Source: Eledone cirrhosa (taxonomy: Eukaryota). From it: a DNA stretch of 64,000 bases. Below, one piece after another: positions 27,095-40,600 of the stretch. The notes below the pieces were generated by a model, which was given only the letters and a program-made list of their open reading frames with translations, did not search any database and was not told where the DNA came from. Where the stretch lies: NCBI GenBank assembly GCA_964016885.1, contig OZ024746.1, forward strand, positions 31,930,001 to 31,994,000, read 5' to 3'. Each line of letters starts with the position of its first letter. The stretch's first letter is position 1. The position numbers were made by a program, and so were the translations under genes.

Positions 27095-27600
27095 CGTGTG
27101 TGTGTGAAAAATGGAATAAACTGGAGCCCCTTTACCGCGGAGACGGCAAGCGCCCCGACGGAATTACCCTCTTCCCATTCGAAGGAGGTAAGTCCTTCAT
27201 CTGGAACGCAATGTGCTGTGATACATTCACCGCTACCAGCTTAGTCGCTTCGGCCACAAACCCCGGTATTGTGACCCGCAATGCAGAGGACAGGATAACA
27301 AGTAAATACCAGGGTTTGTCCGGCCGCTTCGTCTTTGCACCGGTTGCCATCGTGGCCGCCTCAGGCGTCGTCGGATCCCGTACAGCCGAGCTCCACGGTA
27401 AACTCAAAACGACAGCAGCCAGTCTGAAGAAGGGGATGTGCGATATAGGGTGGCTGTTGCAGCGAGTGTCGCTGGCCATTAACCGCGGAAATGCCTTTGT
27501 CATCTTATTCGTATGGCACAGCCGAAACACTATTCTGACCTAGGTGTAGAGTCTGTCAACCTTCTCCCGTTCCCCCTTTCGTTTTCCTTAGTCCAATAGT
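27095..27600 (+). mobile_element. CRE-like non-LTR retrotransposon 3' fragment (restriction-like endonuclease)
   Basis: EP...GDGKRPDGITLFPF..GK...W...CCDT...AE..KY...F.P......WLLQRVSLAINRGNA is the typical C-terminal RLE region of CRE-clade elements. Confidence 0.75.
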
Positions 27601-28228
27601 CCTTTCCTTTCATTTATGACATTTATAGTCCTTTCCAATACTGCTTTATGTTTCTCTATGTTTGACCGATTTATAGTTATATCAACAATAAATTTATTCC
27701 CCAGTTATGAATACAAAGTGTCTCTCATACTATTTCAGAACAATATAATTAGCGTTGCAAATCATCAGTCATCCATCTTACCGACGATACTTCTGAATAA
27801 AATTAAGCTATTAAAAGTTACCTCCCTTGAGACCATACTTCGCAAAGTTTTAGCTATATTTTTCACTTAATCTCATTAATGTTGTTATTGGCGTTGCTGT
27901 TGTCGTTGTTGCGGTTCTTGTTAGTTTCGTTGTTGTTGTCGTCATCAGAATTGGCAGAATCAGTCATAAAAAGTATATTACAGTTCTTAGTTGTGATTCC
28001 TTATGTTCTGAGTTTAAATCCCGTCGAGGTCAACTCTGCGTTTCATCCATTCAGGGTTCGACAGCGTAAGTTTCCGGCTTTGTGTCTAAATTTGAAACTG
28101 TAATTGGTGTTCATGTGTTAATGTTATTCCTATTCTAAACAGTTTTACTTATATGTATATATGTATCTGGGCAATGTATACATATATTTATTAGGATGCT
28201 ATTGAAGTGTGTATGCATTTTTGGGGAC

Positions 28229-28276
<48 letters not shown>

Positions 28277-28281
<5 letters not shown>

Positions 28282-28357
28282 GATGTATCCAAAAAATGTA
28301 TACACACTTCAATAGCATCCTAATAACTATATGTATACATTTTTGCGGGAAACCCTG

Positions 28358-28359
<2 letters not shown>
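28277..28359. mobile_element. Very short Tc1/mariner-type MITE, with a partial neighbouring copy at 28194-28243
   Basis: TA-caggatgtatccaaaaaatgtatac...gtatacatttttgcgggaaaccctg-TA: imperfect TIRs within (TA)n. Confidence 0.55.
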
Positions 28360-28394
<35 letters not shown>

Positions 28395-28614
28395 ATGTGT
28401 GTGTGATTGTTAAATTAATTGTTTCTACTTTTGGCACAAGGCCAGCAATTAACCAGTGTATTACTGGTACTTTATTTTATCGACCCCGTAAGGATGAAAG
28501 GCAAAGTTAACCTCGGCGGGATTTGAACTCAGAATGGCAAGGGCCGTAACTCTATGCGCCAAAGCATAACATCCGACACTCTACCAATACTGCCAATCCA
28601 CCGTATGATTGTTA

Positions 28615-28985
28615 AATTAATGCAAGTGGCTTAGCATTCTACAGACACGCATACCCATAACATAGTTCTCGGGATGGAGGATTCGACGTCACAATGTGTG
28701 ACAAGGCTGGCCTTTCGAATTACAGATACAGGCTACCCTGTATTATAATGTGTGTGGCTGTGTATTCCATAGAAACACGTACTTTTAACGTAATAAGCAG
28801 GGAGACAGCGCATATGTATATGATAAGACTGGCGCCTTGAATTATAGGTACAACTCATCTTTTTCCTAGTGAGTGATTGGAACAATGTGAAGTAAAGTGT
28901 CTTGCTCAAGGACACAACACACAACAGGGAATCGAACTCATGACTATACGATCGTGAAATGAACATTTTAAACGGCCTTCACAGT
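28615..28985 (-). mobile_element. tRNA-derived SINE of a second family (decayed copies at 15050-15170 and 15510-15650)
   Basis: tgcaagtggcttagcattctacagacacgcatacccataacatagttctc...gtcttgctcaaggacacaac...gaatcgaactc, with the tRNA-like head at the right end. Confidence 0.65.
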
Positions 28986-29151
28986 ATCCGTTTAGTGTAT
29001 ATAATAGCAGTGTAGCAAAGTTAAGGAAGGTCGTTGAGTCATTTAGAGTTATCTCCCATGGACTGTTTAAATCTTCATCATTTCATCATTAGCTATTGTC
29101 GGTTACACACGCACACCACACATACCACATACATACACACAGACACACACA

Positions 29152-29221
<70 letters not shown>

Positions 29222-29228
<7 letters not shown>

Positions 29229-29555
29229 TAAACCCCCCCCCCCCCCGGTATTCGCGGTCTCGGTTATTCGCGGGATTTTACTTAGAACCTAACTAATTTT
29301 TTGTGGAAGCCACCGCATATCGCGGAATCGTAAATATCTTGCGCGATTTTTTAATGACTCTTTCCGTGGCAATATATATTTTTTCACGCTTTTTGACACT
29401 AAATTATTAATAACAATATACCGTATATGCGGGCCTATATTTTACGTTATGTTTTGACGTTTATAGGCATTTTTATGGACAACGTCCAATATTGGCAATT
29501 TTTCACTCTTCGCGGATGCTCAACGAACGTAACCCTCCAGAATACTGGGGGACAA

Positions 29556-29560
<5 letters not shown>
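29222..29560. mobile_element. Tigger-like MITE in (TA)n
   Basis: TA-caatgtaaacccc...cggtattcgcgg ... gaatactgggggacaactg-TA degenerate TIRs, with (TA)n on both sides. Confidence 0.55.
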
Positions 29561-29626
<66 letters not shown>

Positions 29627-29926
29627 GAGGGGAAGAGGTAAAATGTCGATAATTAAATAAGAGTGGAGTCTCGATGGGGATCGGGAAATGATCACATTTA
29701 AAAAAAAGTATTCGATAGGTAGAGAATAGGCATCTTTATTTTATATATACAGAAATGACTTCTACAGGACTAGAACTCTTTCGTCCATATGCAAAGACGT
29801 CACCACTAACTGTCGTTTATTTTCAATAGGTTCAATACCATGGGGAGGGGTCTATGTCTGAATTTTTTGCGTTGTGCCTTTTCTCTCTTTCACTCTATCT
29901 GTCTCTCATTCTATCTGTCTGTCAAT

Positions 29927-30002
<76 letters not shown>

Positions 30003-30322
30003 CTATCTATCTGTATCTACCTAACTATCTGAGCTACTATCTATCTTACCTCAGTGTGTGTATATACATACACGTGTATACAGGTAAATATATGTGTGTG
30101 AATGTATGTATATATGTTCATGCGTGTGTGGGTGTTTATACATATACTCACGTACAATTGACTGAGTCAGTCAATTTTTTACTGACTCAGCATAAAAATA
30201 TAATTTTGAATAGTTGTGAATTGGAGCTTAACTAACTCAAGTATTCAACTGAGAAATCTATAGTCTGTACACTTTCTCCCTATCTTCCCCCTCTCCCACC
30301 CCTCTCACACACACACACACAT

Positions 30323-30374
<52 letters not shown>

Positions 30375-30527
30375 GATTAGAACGCCCGCCGGTCAAGTTT
30401 GTACCATTTTGATGGCATTGAAAAGGTTTAAGCTTAAAACCAGTCTGCATTCTATACCATTAAAATATCTACACTCTACTTCCCTTATTTATGGAGTATT
30501 ATATTGAATAAGGTCCCACATGCACAC

Positions 30528-30569
<42 letters not shown>

Positions 30570-30624
30570 GTGAGTATGTGTGCGCACGCACGCGCGTGTG
30601 TGTAAATAACAGTGTGGTTTTCGC

Positions 30625-32274
30625 CACAGTTGACATGACAGTTGACATGATTTTCATTATCAGCCAGCTACAAGAAAAATGCACAGAGCAAAACATGGAG
30701 TTATATCGCTGCTTTGTAGACTTTAGCAAAGCGTTCGACACAGTTAACAGGACTGCATTGTGGTTGGTGTTGAAACAATTTGGCTGTCCTGAAAAGTTTG
30801 TGAATATGATTAAAGTCCTCCATAAGGATATGAAGGCCCGCATTAACTTTGGTGGTACTCTTTTAGAACCGTTTGCAGTGGAAAATGGAATAAGGCCTTG
30901 AAGTACCAACACTCTTCGCCATCTATTTTGCTACGATGCTGTCAAATGCCTTTGCAATATCAACAGGCGGAGTCTTTGTCCGATATCGCTCTTCAAGCAA
31001 TGTGTTCAATTTTACTAGTATGAGATTCAACTCTAAAGTGTTCACCTCTTTGATTCATGACTTCTATATGTAAATGACTGCGACCTAATAAGTCACACTG
31101 AGGAGGGCTTACAAACTCTAGTCAGTGGTTTCGATGCTGCTTATGATGTGTTTGGTCTTATGATTAATTGGAAAAGACTGTTGTAATGTATGAACCTGCT
31201 CCGGAGGAGCAGACAACTACACCACAAATCCTCGTTAAGTGCACAATGCTAAGGACGGTGACCTCCTTTGAATACCTTGGAAGTAGGATACAAGTTGATG
31301 GCATATTGGATACTGAAATCACATCTCGTATACAAAAGGCAGCAAAAGTCTTTGGTAGACTAGAAATTAAAGTCTGATCACGATGTCACATTAAATTGTG
31401 GACTAAGATTGCGGTATACGTCCCCTTTGTACCATCTGTACTCTTGTATATTTAACCGAGACATGGACATTGAACATGCGGCATGTGTTGGAGTAGTTTC
31501 ACGAAAAATGCTTCTGGCATATACTCAGCATAAGCTGGAACACATTCGTTCCAGACACTGATATTCTTGTTAGGGCAAAAGTTATATCTACTCAAGCTAT
31601 GCTTATTAAGAATCAATTAAGATGGATAGGTCACATGATTCGTATGGGTGGCGGAGGCATCCCCAAGAAAATGTTTTATGACGAACTCAAGTTGGGCAAA
31701 AGGTTAAATAGTAAGCCAAAGGAGGAGGTACAGAGACTCTCTAAAAGCGCACTTCAAATGCCTTAACATATCCTACAAAAATCTTGAATCGTTTGCAGCA
31801 GATAGAGTGGCCTGGAGAAATGCCATGGAATGGAGTTAAAGTATTTGAAATGGAGAGAGTAAAACATGCAGAACTGAAAAGAAGACCAACAGTAATAATA
31901 ATAAATCTTATCCAGCATTGATTTTCAAATACCCTGTGTGTCCTAAGGTGTGCCTTTTCAATGCTAGCTTGAAGTCATACCAATGAGCACATGATGATAA
32001 AGACCAAGTTGACTATTCAAAATTCGTTGCAGAGAATCATTTCCAGTGCCATGTTTTTAAGGAAATTTGCAAATCAGGTGGTGGATTGAAGTGACATCTG
32101 ACCATACACAATAATTAAACCCATATTGGCGACAAGAACAAAATGAGACATCATTGTAATATTTGTAGACGGGTCTTTCACAGACTTTCAGGACTCAAAA
32201 AACATTTGGGATTTCATGCCAGGAAGGAACAGACAAAGTGCTAGAAGTAGTCAAGCTTTGTATGGAGCAGACGA

Positions 32275-32278
<4 letters not shown>
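30625..32278 (+). mobile_element. 5'-truncated, decayed RTE-clade LINE with C-terminal C2H2 fingers
   Basis: DMIFIISQLQEKCTEQN..LY.CFVDFSKAFDTVNR..LW..L...GCP, EKTVVM, FEYLGS, EITSRIQKA...FGRL, QLRWIGHM.RM. Multiple stops and frameshifts; ends in (TA)n. Confidence 0.88.
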
Positions 32279-32339
<61 letters not shown>

Positions 32340-32393
32340 CTTATAATGAAATGACAGGAGGCTGGACTTGTGTAAATCCTTGAAAGGTTTATT

Positions 32394-32451
32394 ATACTAT
32401 GATCATTTCAATGACCGGGTTCCGTATGAATCCGGTGATATCATCAGGTAT
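32394..32451 (-). ncRNA. Type-I hammerhead ribozyme-like motif
   Basis: AUAC-CUGAUGA-[long ACCGG.UUC/GAA.CCGGU stem II]-GAAA-UGAUCA-UA-GUAU-AAUAAA: 4-bp stem I and self-complementary AUGAUCAU stem III. Confidence 0.72.
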
Positions 32452-34562
32452 TCGAAATATAATAAATGAATGTAATAGATAAAATCCATGGGGCTGAGAA
32501 TCAAAGACCGGAGGGCGACCGCCATCCACCATCTTCCACCTTTGCCGGTCGCCCTTGAGTGAGGCGGTTAAAGCTTATAGTGTGCTACTACCGGTCAAAT
32601 AGAGGAAAACAGAAAGGAAGAGGAAGATAAGTCAGCGTTAATATCATGCCACAAGAAAAAAAGAAAAAAGAAGAAGGGGGAAGGAAGAAAAGGAAGAAGA
32701 AAAAAGTCAGGGTTAGTGTCCAGCTATAAGAAGAAAGACAGAAAGAAAAAGGAAGAAAGGTCGGTACTAATGGCCAGGAATGTCGCGAAAAAAATTTATT
32801 CTAAGGGACCCGTATTTTAGCAGAGGTAAATATAGTGAGGGTCTGTATGTTATAATGTGTGAGCAGAAGATTGGAACGTTACATTTTTGTTTAGATTTAT
32901 AGGATGAAGTTAAAAAATTAATATTTAATATTAACATTATAAAATTAAAGAAATTAGAAAATTGAAAGTTAAACAGTTTAACATGTTTAAGGTTGCGAGG
33001 TTTAAGCAAAGAAAGAGTCTTTTGTGAAGAAACTTAAATTGTATTATAGAGTAAAGATTATGTCTTTGTTTAGCCGTCAAACAGCATGCGGCGACAACAG
33101 GCTTGCACAGCCCATCCACCCCGAGTGATATCGCCTAGCGAAAGATATGGAAATCAATTTTTCCGAGCACTCTAGGAATGTATAACAAGCTTCAGGTGCG
33201 CCAGCGGAAAGTCAGCCTGCATCGTTAGGCCATCCTTATACAAAACCAGTACTCTTCATTTACCTAGGAGGGGGATTTGCTTAAGTAGAGGGAGGCGTGA
33301 TACATCTAATAGTTATGATTAGATCTGTAATTTAAAGATACTATATGGCGGTCAAAAAACCGGCTGCGCGCCGGGCCCCTGGAGCCAATCAAGCCACTCT
33401 GAGTAGTTTCATTTACCGAAAGAAGGGGGGAAATTTATTTTTCCAAGCACTCAAGGTAGGCCTATGCGCCAGGGGGCCGGTCCCGCCGCCAGGAAAACCA
33501 ACCCAACAGTCCGACAGAAAGTTGGAACGTTAAATTATTGTTTATATTTATAGGATAAAGTTTAAAAAATTCAGAATAACATTATAAAATTAAAGAGTAA
33601 GAAGATTGAGAATTGAACAATTAGAAAATTGAAAATTAAACATTTTAAAAACTATTTTAAGGTTTTGCGGGGTTTAGTTAAAGAGAGTCTTTTATGAGGA
33701 AACTTTAATTGTATTATATAGATCCTCTATAAGTTATCTTAGTGGGATGTAGAGTAAGGGATATAGTCTGGTAATATTTATTGTTGTTCTCAGGGGGAGA
33801 CATTCTAGTGTCGTGTGCTAATGGGTACAAGTGAATAAAAGTCCCAATAAGAGGAGTAGAAATACATGGACACATAGAAGTAGAATACGTGGAAAAGCAC
33901 ATTAATAAAGCAAAGGTGTAAAGATATAAATAAACCAACAAGAGTGGTGGTGGAGTAAGATGGAGAAATCAAGACATAGGAGAAATACAATATAGATCAG
34001 GTTGCAGTATTTTTGTTCCCAGGGGGAGACATTCTCGTGTCGTGTGCTAATGGGTACACGCGAGTAAAAGTTCGAATAAGAGGAGTAAAAGTACATGGAT
34101 GTATAGAAGTAGAATACGTGGAAAAAGCACATTAATACAGCAAAGGTAGAAAGATATAAATAAACAAACAAGAGTGGTGGTGGAGTAAATGGAGAGATCA
34201 AAACACAGGAGAAATACAATATAGTTCAAGTTGCAGTCAGATAATGCACATAGATGTGGAAATGGTATCAGTATGTGTTCGAGTCTGAGAATTCAGTGTG
34301 AGTTACACAGGCCCTGAAGTATAGGGTAGTGAATTTAGTCAATACAGTGCAGTACAATACATGTTATGGTATAATCCGTAGAATTTCGTCGAAGTCTGAA
34401 TATTCGGAGAAGGGAGTAGCAATGGGCCAGGTGGGCGGTAGGCAAAAACACTGAGTAGCCAAAATCCGAATGGTGGTTAGATCTATTCAGTCCCATGCCG
34501 CTGTTCATTATTATATTTGGAAGTGCTCAACATTTCAGGAGCATTATTTATTCAGGTTTGAG

Positions 34563-34674
34563 TTCAAATCCCGCCGAGGTTGACTTTGCCTTTCATCCTT
34601 ACGGGGTCGATAAAATAAAGTACCAGTAATGCACTGAGTAATTGCTGGCCTTGTGCCTAAAGTAGAAACAATTA
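34563..34674 (+). mobile_element. 5'-truncated SINE with 16-bp target-site duplication
   Basis: tttattcaggtttgag at 34547-34562 and 34675-34690 brackets the SINE. Confidence 0.85.
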
Positions 34675-35073
34675 TTTATTCAGGTTTGAGGTTCACCACT
34701 GGATAGAGCTGGTCAATTCCGCATGGTCAATCTTAATGTAATAATCTGGAGAGTACTCAACGTAAAGCAGTTCAACCGTCTTTGTTTTTGTAGTTGGTGG
34801 TGCTAGTACGGAGTTAAATATTATAATGAAATGACAGGAGGCTGGACTTGTGTAAATCCTTGAAAGGTTTATTATAGTATGATCCGTACTAGCACCACCA
34901 ACTTCTTGTATAAATCCTTGAAAGGTTTATTATACTATACTCCGTACTAGCACTACCAACTACAAAAACAAAGACGGTTGAACTGCTTTACGTTGAGTAC
35001 TCTCCAGAATATTACATTAAGATTGACCATGCGGAATTGACCAGCTCTATCCAGTGGTGAACCTCAAACCTGA

Positions 35074-35133
<60 letters not shown>

Positions 35134-35199
35134 ACTTAGAGTTTACACTCAATGGGGTCATTTACAATTATTTTAGCTCTAAGAATCACTTCTGAGCAG

Positions 35200-35474
35200 T
35201 ATAAATTAATATATGATAAACATTTACATGTTTTTGTTGCAATTGACAATAAAATAGCTAGAATGAAATATCTTAATTCAAATACATATAGTCCGCCTGT
35301 GTCGATCTAAAAAATAATAAATCAACACTCACAAACACATATGTGTTTGTGAGTGTTGATTTATTATTTTTTAGATCGACACAGGCGGACTATATGTATT
35401 TGAATTAAGATATTTCATTCTAGCTATTTTATTGTCAATTGCAACAAAAACATGTAAATGTTTATCATATATTA

Positions 35475-35481
<7 letters not shown>
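35200..35481. repeat. Palindrome with 141-bp arms and no loop
   Basis: Centre ...aaacacat|atgtgttt... at 35340/35341. Same family as 62330-62862. Confidence 0.93.
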
Positions 35482-35531
<50 letters not shown>

Positions 35532-35789
35532 GGCGTGTGTGTGATCTTCATTTTCACATCCATATTTTCATGCTCACATGAGTTGGACATACACACACAC
35601 ATATATATATCCTCATCACCACCACAATCTCCACTGCTACTACTACTACTACTACTACTACTACTAGTACTACTTACAGAGTCATTCATACAAATCGTGG
35701 GTTATCATGATAGCCACAATTGTATGAATGACACGTCAACAATAACAACAGCAACAACAACAAAACTTTCAGCAAAACTTCAATGACAC

Positions 35790-36590
35790 ATCAGAAATAA
35801 CAAAAGAAGAACAACAACGACAACAACAACAATTGGAACAACAGCAGCAACAGCAATCATAAATCTTCAATGTTATATCGACAACAACACCAAACACCCC
35901 AGAACACCCCCACATCACCCACCACCACCACCACAACAATCACCACAGCAACAAAACCGACAACACCACCACAACACCCACCTAGCACCACCACCACAAC
36001 AACCAGAGTAACAATACCAACAACACCACCACAACAACCACCTAACACCACCACCACCACAACAACCAGAGTAACAATACCAACAACACCACCACAACAA
36101 CCATAACTACCACTACCACCACAACACCCACCACCACAGCAACACCAACAACAACCGCCCACAGCAACACCACCACCACCACAACAACAACAACACCGCA
36201 ACAATAACTACACCCACCGCCACAACAGCAACAACAACAACCGCCCAGAGCAACACCACCACCACCACCACAACAACAACAACACCGCAACAATAACTAC
36301 ACCCACCGCCACAACAACAACAACAACAACAACCGCCCACAGCAACACCACCACAACAACAACACCACAACAATAACTACCGCCACAACAACAACAACAA
36401 CCGCCCACAGCAACACCACCACAACAACAACACCACAACAATAACTACCGCCACAACACCACCACCACAAGAACACCTACCACCACAACAATAACTACAC
36501 CCACCGCCACAACAACAACAACAACCGCCCACAGCAACACCACCACCACAAGAACACCCACCACCACAGTAACAACGCCAACACCAACCT
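35790..36590. repeat. (CAA/CAC)-rich compound low-complexity repeat
   Basis: Mixed acaacaccacc units with higher-order duplications. Confidence 0.85.
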
Positions 36591-36859
36591 AACTTTTCCA
36601 GTAGCCATGAATGAATCTGTTTATGTAATGTGGTGTGGTTATTATACTAAATGACTCCGGATACTTCTATATACGTGGGAACACTTTTACTTTTACTATA
36701 TCTCTACTTACTTCATGTATTACTGGAAACTATTGTAAAAGAAGCCGAAGGAGGGAGTCCGTACCTGGTATCCCAACATGCTCGAAACAGCAGTCGCATT
36801 TCCACCAAATTATTACCATTTTGATACCATCCCACCGAAGGTTGATTGGAGCAGAGGTG

Positions 36860-37145
36860 TGCAGTGCATTTAAGTGTGCGCGAGAAAATGCGTCGGCTGC
36901 AGAATTGCTCGAACCTGTAAGTGGTGAATATCCTTTGTATATTGGGATATATAATGGATGTTGGCGCAATTCTCTAGGTGAGTTGCGGTCAGGCTTGAAA
37001 TATAAAGCGTATGAGAGGTTTGTGATCCGTGTAAAAGAAGAAAACAGAACCGTCCAACATGTACCGGAAATATCTCACAATGAAGTACGCAGTCAAGAGC
37101 TCCCGACAAAAAGTACTGTACTTATTTCAGCTGGCTTAAGTCAGG
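36860..37145 (-). mobile_element. Ty3/Gypsy pol fragment (RNase H region)
   Basis: Frameshifted translation LKPAE/KYSTFCRELLTAYFIVRYFRYMLDGSVFFFYTDHKPL...YISQYTKDIHHL/GSSNSAADAFSR. Confidence 0.8.
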
Positions 37146-37229
37146 GGCGCTGAAACATTTGCAGCAAAAGTCAACCCTTTCCCTAATTGTGTATATGCGC
37201 TACAATTTATGTACATGTTATGTAGAGAC

Positions 37230-37605
37230 AAATGGGAGAGATCGATATCGATTTAGAGAGGAGCAGAGTTTGGTGGTAATTGATATAGAGAGGAAGGTTG
37301 GGAGAGTGTGTTGTATATTAGGTATAGAAAGGGGGGGGGGGAGAGTTCCATGCAGGAGATATAAAGAGGGGGAGAGTTTTGTGTTAATTGGTATAGAGAG
37401 GGGTATTGAAAGAGAGTTACGTGTAGGGGATATAGAGAGAGGGAGAGATTTGTGTTAATTTATATAGAGAGGAGTATTGAAAGAGAGTTCCGTGTAGTTG
37501 ACATAGAGAGGGGGAAATTTAGTGTTAATTGATATAAAGAGGGGTATTCAAAGAGTCCTGTGTAATAGATATAGCGAGAGAGAGAGTTTGGTGCCAATTG
37601 ATATA
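37230..37605. repeat. GA-rich degenerate tandem repeat (continues at 43295-43520)
   Basis: gatatagagagggggagagttt..gtgttaatt units on both sides of the LINE. Confidence 0.75.
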
Positions 37606-40600
37606 TATTTCTATTTATTTGCCACCAGGGCATCAAAGATTGGGACAAATACGAAGGGGGGAGTTTACATACATTTAAAAAACGTGTAAGAAACATATAA
37701 CAAATTAAATTCAACAATCGATGTCCTCAATAGGGAGGGACGTTGACATGGGTCGCACACACCCCCGAAAAAATGTGCAACCCTCCTCTTCAGGAGCACA
37801 AAGAGCGAGTGCTCCCTTCCTCTCCTCCTTCTTCTCCTCTCTCACCTACAGGCTGATATAGAGAGAAGGCCCATTCACTCGGGCCATTCTCGCTACTTTC
37901 ACCCACCTTTCATAAAACTTGCTGGGGTAGAGCACCTCTCTCTCCATTTTGATCCTTCTTCTAAAGTGGTACTTGAAAAAAAGGACCAGTTGTTGGCCGG
38001 AGAGAAAGGTGTCTGACCTCAGCCCCGTCAACCTTGTCCACCATACAACTTCTTTCGCCATGGCTATCACACAGAGGAAAACCGCCTCTCCTTCGTTTTT
38101 GAAAGGGGGAGGCGGTTTGATTGTAACAATGTTCTCGGTGGTCAACCGGATTGGTCCCACCCACGACAGTAGTCGTTCCACATAGCCCCACAGGTCTGCA
38201 ACTCCCGGGCAGTGTACGAATGCGTGTGCGACGGTTTCCTTGTCACGCACGCATCTCGGACAGATCTTCTTCGAGGGGTCCCTACCCGGACGCCCGTGTC
38301 TGTAGAGCTTGTCCCGAACGGGCAGAGCTCCTCGGTAGCATTGCCAAGCCAGGGACTTTTGGAAGTTGTCCATTGGTCCCGGGCCAAACGTCGTACCGAA
38401 GAGACTGGCTAGCTCGTCTTCGTCCATGCCCAGAGCCTCTCCGAGAGTGTCGTCGCACTTACTGCGCACCAACCCTCTATAGAATGTTGAGGTTGAGTCT
38501 CCACTGATTTCCGGATCCGCTTGCCAGAGGGCCGTGAGCGCCTAGGCACATTCAATGTGCACATTCAATGTGCCATTGACTCAGGATTGCAGCTCGGTGA
38601 GTAAGACGAGTCTCGGAAAGGCTCGCCTCACAAACAGGGCCCACACCGGCTGACCCGTGAGGAATACCTGGAGGTGCCGTAGCCTTAATGCGTGTCTACG
38701 CATCGTCAGCCACGGCAACCCCAGCCCTCCGTTCGAAAGGTGTTGACAACAGATGGATCTTCTCACCAAAGGAGCCCACTTCTTCCAAAGGATCGGAAGA
38801 GCGCGCGCTCCATTTTGGCGAGTGTTTTCTCTGGGCAAGGCACGACGGTCAAGCGGTAGTAGATGACGGACGCAATATAAGCGTTCGCCACCTCTGCTCG
38901 ACCTTTCAGGCATAGTTTGCACTCGGCCCACTTCTGGGCGAGTGCAAACACCCTGCCCGTTACCTCGTTCCAGTTTTTCTCCACCTGGAGGTCCGGTCCG
39001 AACCAGACCCCGAGCAGCTTCACCGGTCCCTCCGTCCAGCGTCCGACGACGCTGTCGGAGCGCATCGGTTTTCCCCTCCACGTTTCGAGTTACAAACCGA
39101 TGGAGTTGTCCAGGTTCAGCTTTGCTCCTGTAAACCTTTCGTATTCCTCCAGTAAGGTGCCGATCTGCCTGATTTCCGAGGCGCACGCCACCATTACTGT
39201 CACGTCATCGGCGTAGGCCGACACCGCTTTCCGCAATCCCGGTTCCAAGGGGATTCCCTGCAACAGCTCCAGCTTCCGCAGTAGTGGCTCGAGAGCCAGC
39301 ACATGCAGAGGGAGGAGAGAGGGCATCCCTGTCGGATGGATCGCGTGATTTGGAACGGCTCCGAGAGGTAGCCGTTCACCTTGACCCTCGAGCAGGTGAT
39401 GCTGCTGTGCATTGCAGAAATCCAGCCCCTGAAAACGGGTCCGAAGCCTGCCGCCACGAGCACCGCATTCAGGTACCGATGGTCAACCTTATCGAACGCC
39501 TAGATTGATCCAAGTTGATCAGGGCCCCACCAAAGCCGGGTTCGCTCCCTACCCTCTCTACGATGTATCGCATGAGGTGGAGGTTGTCGTGTATGGACCT
39601 GGACGGGATTGCGCATGTCTGCGCTTCTCCCACCAGGTTCCCAACGACAAGCGCCAACCTCTTCGCTAACACTTTGGCCAAAATCTTTAAGTTTGTGTTT
39701 AGCAGAGTTATGGGCCTGAAGTTATCTATGTCATCCCCCTTGTTCTCGGCCTTCCTCACCAGCGTGACTACGCCCTTGATCACAGAACTGGGAATTCTCT
39801 CGTTCTGTTGCCAGTTGCAGTAGGCCGCCTCGAGGAGATCGGAGAACAAGTCCGGCATCGCTACATAAAGTTCGTATAGTAGACCATCGAGACCCGGAGA
39901 TTTGCGTTTGCCGCATTGGCTCAGCGCCTCCCCTATTTCAGCGGCTGAAATCGGCCTTTCGCAGGACTTCGCCTCCCCGTCCGAGAGCCGCGCCAGACCG
40001 TCGAGGTATGGACCGAAATCCATGGCCTCACCCGGCCCGCCGCCCCTCCTGGACAGTCGTGCAAAGAGCCGTTGAAAGGCCGCGCTCATCCGCTCAGGTT
40101 CAAGGATCACGCGTCCATCCTGGTCCTTCAAAGACCGAATCGTGGACTTATTTCCACTTTTTTGCCTCTGTCACTCGGGCCCAGCTAACAGCTTTGGCTC
40201 CCTCGTTACCCAGAGCACGTATTTTACTCCTGCCACGCAGCCCTCATGCTTCGCGTCAAAGAACTGGTCTAGGGCCGTTCTTGACGCCAGCACGCCGGCC
40301 ACGTTTCCACTCCTAATCGCCTCTTCTACTCTATCTGTTAATTCCCTTTCAGTTCTATTCCTATCTGATGCTAATTCCTGACTAAAACCTATCGATTCTA
40401 TTCTAATTTCTCTCTTGAGAGATCCCCACCACCACCTGCTTTTGACAATTGCCCCCGTCAACCGCTGCTTAACTAGAGTGCTAATCCGCTTACTGTAAGC
40501 TTTGCTTGTCGGTAAGGGCAAGTTTAGCTTCCAGTAACCGGGTCCTTGTCTATGGGTTCTATCAAGGTTGACCACTCCGGTCACCAATTTGTGATCCGAA

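Larger units (their letters stand above)
32337..35080 (-). mobile_element. Penelope-like element with terminal direct repeat and inverted end segment, flanked by (TA)n
   Basis: 32341-32404 is repeated at 34821-34884. 34673-34814 is inverted at 34939-35080 (142 bp). Hammerhead at 32394-32451. (TA)n on both sides. No intact ORF. Confidence 0.62.

Noticed and set aside
36635-37153. 172-aa plus-strand ORF
   Set aside because: It is the antisense shadow of the Gypsy RNase H fragment.
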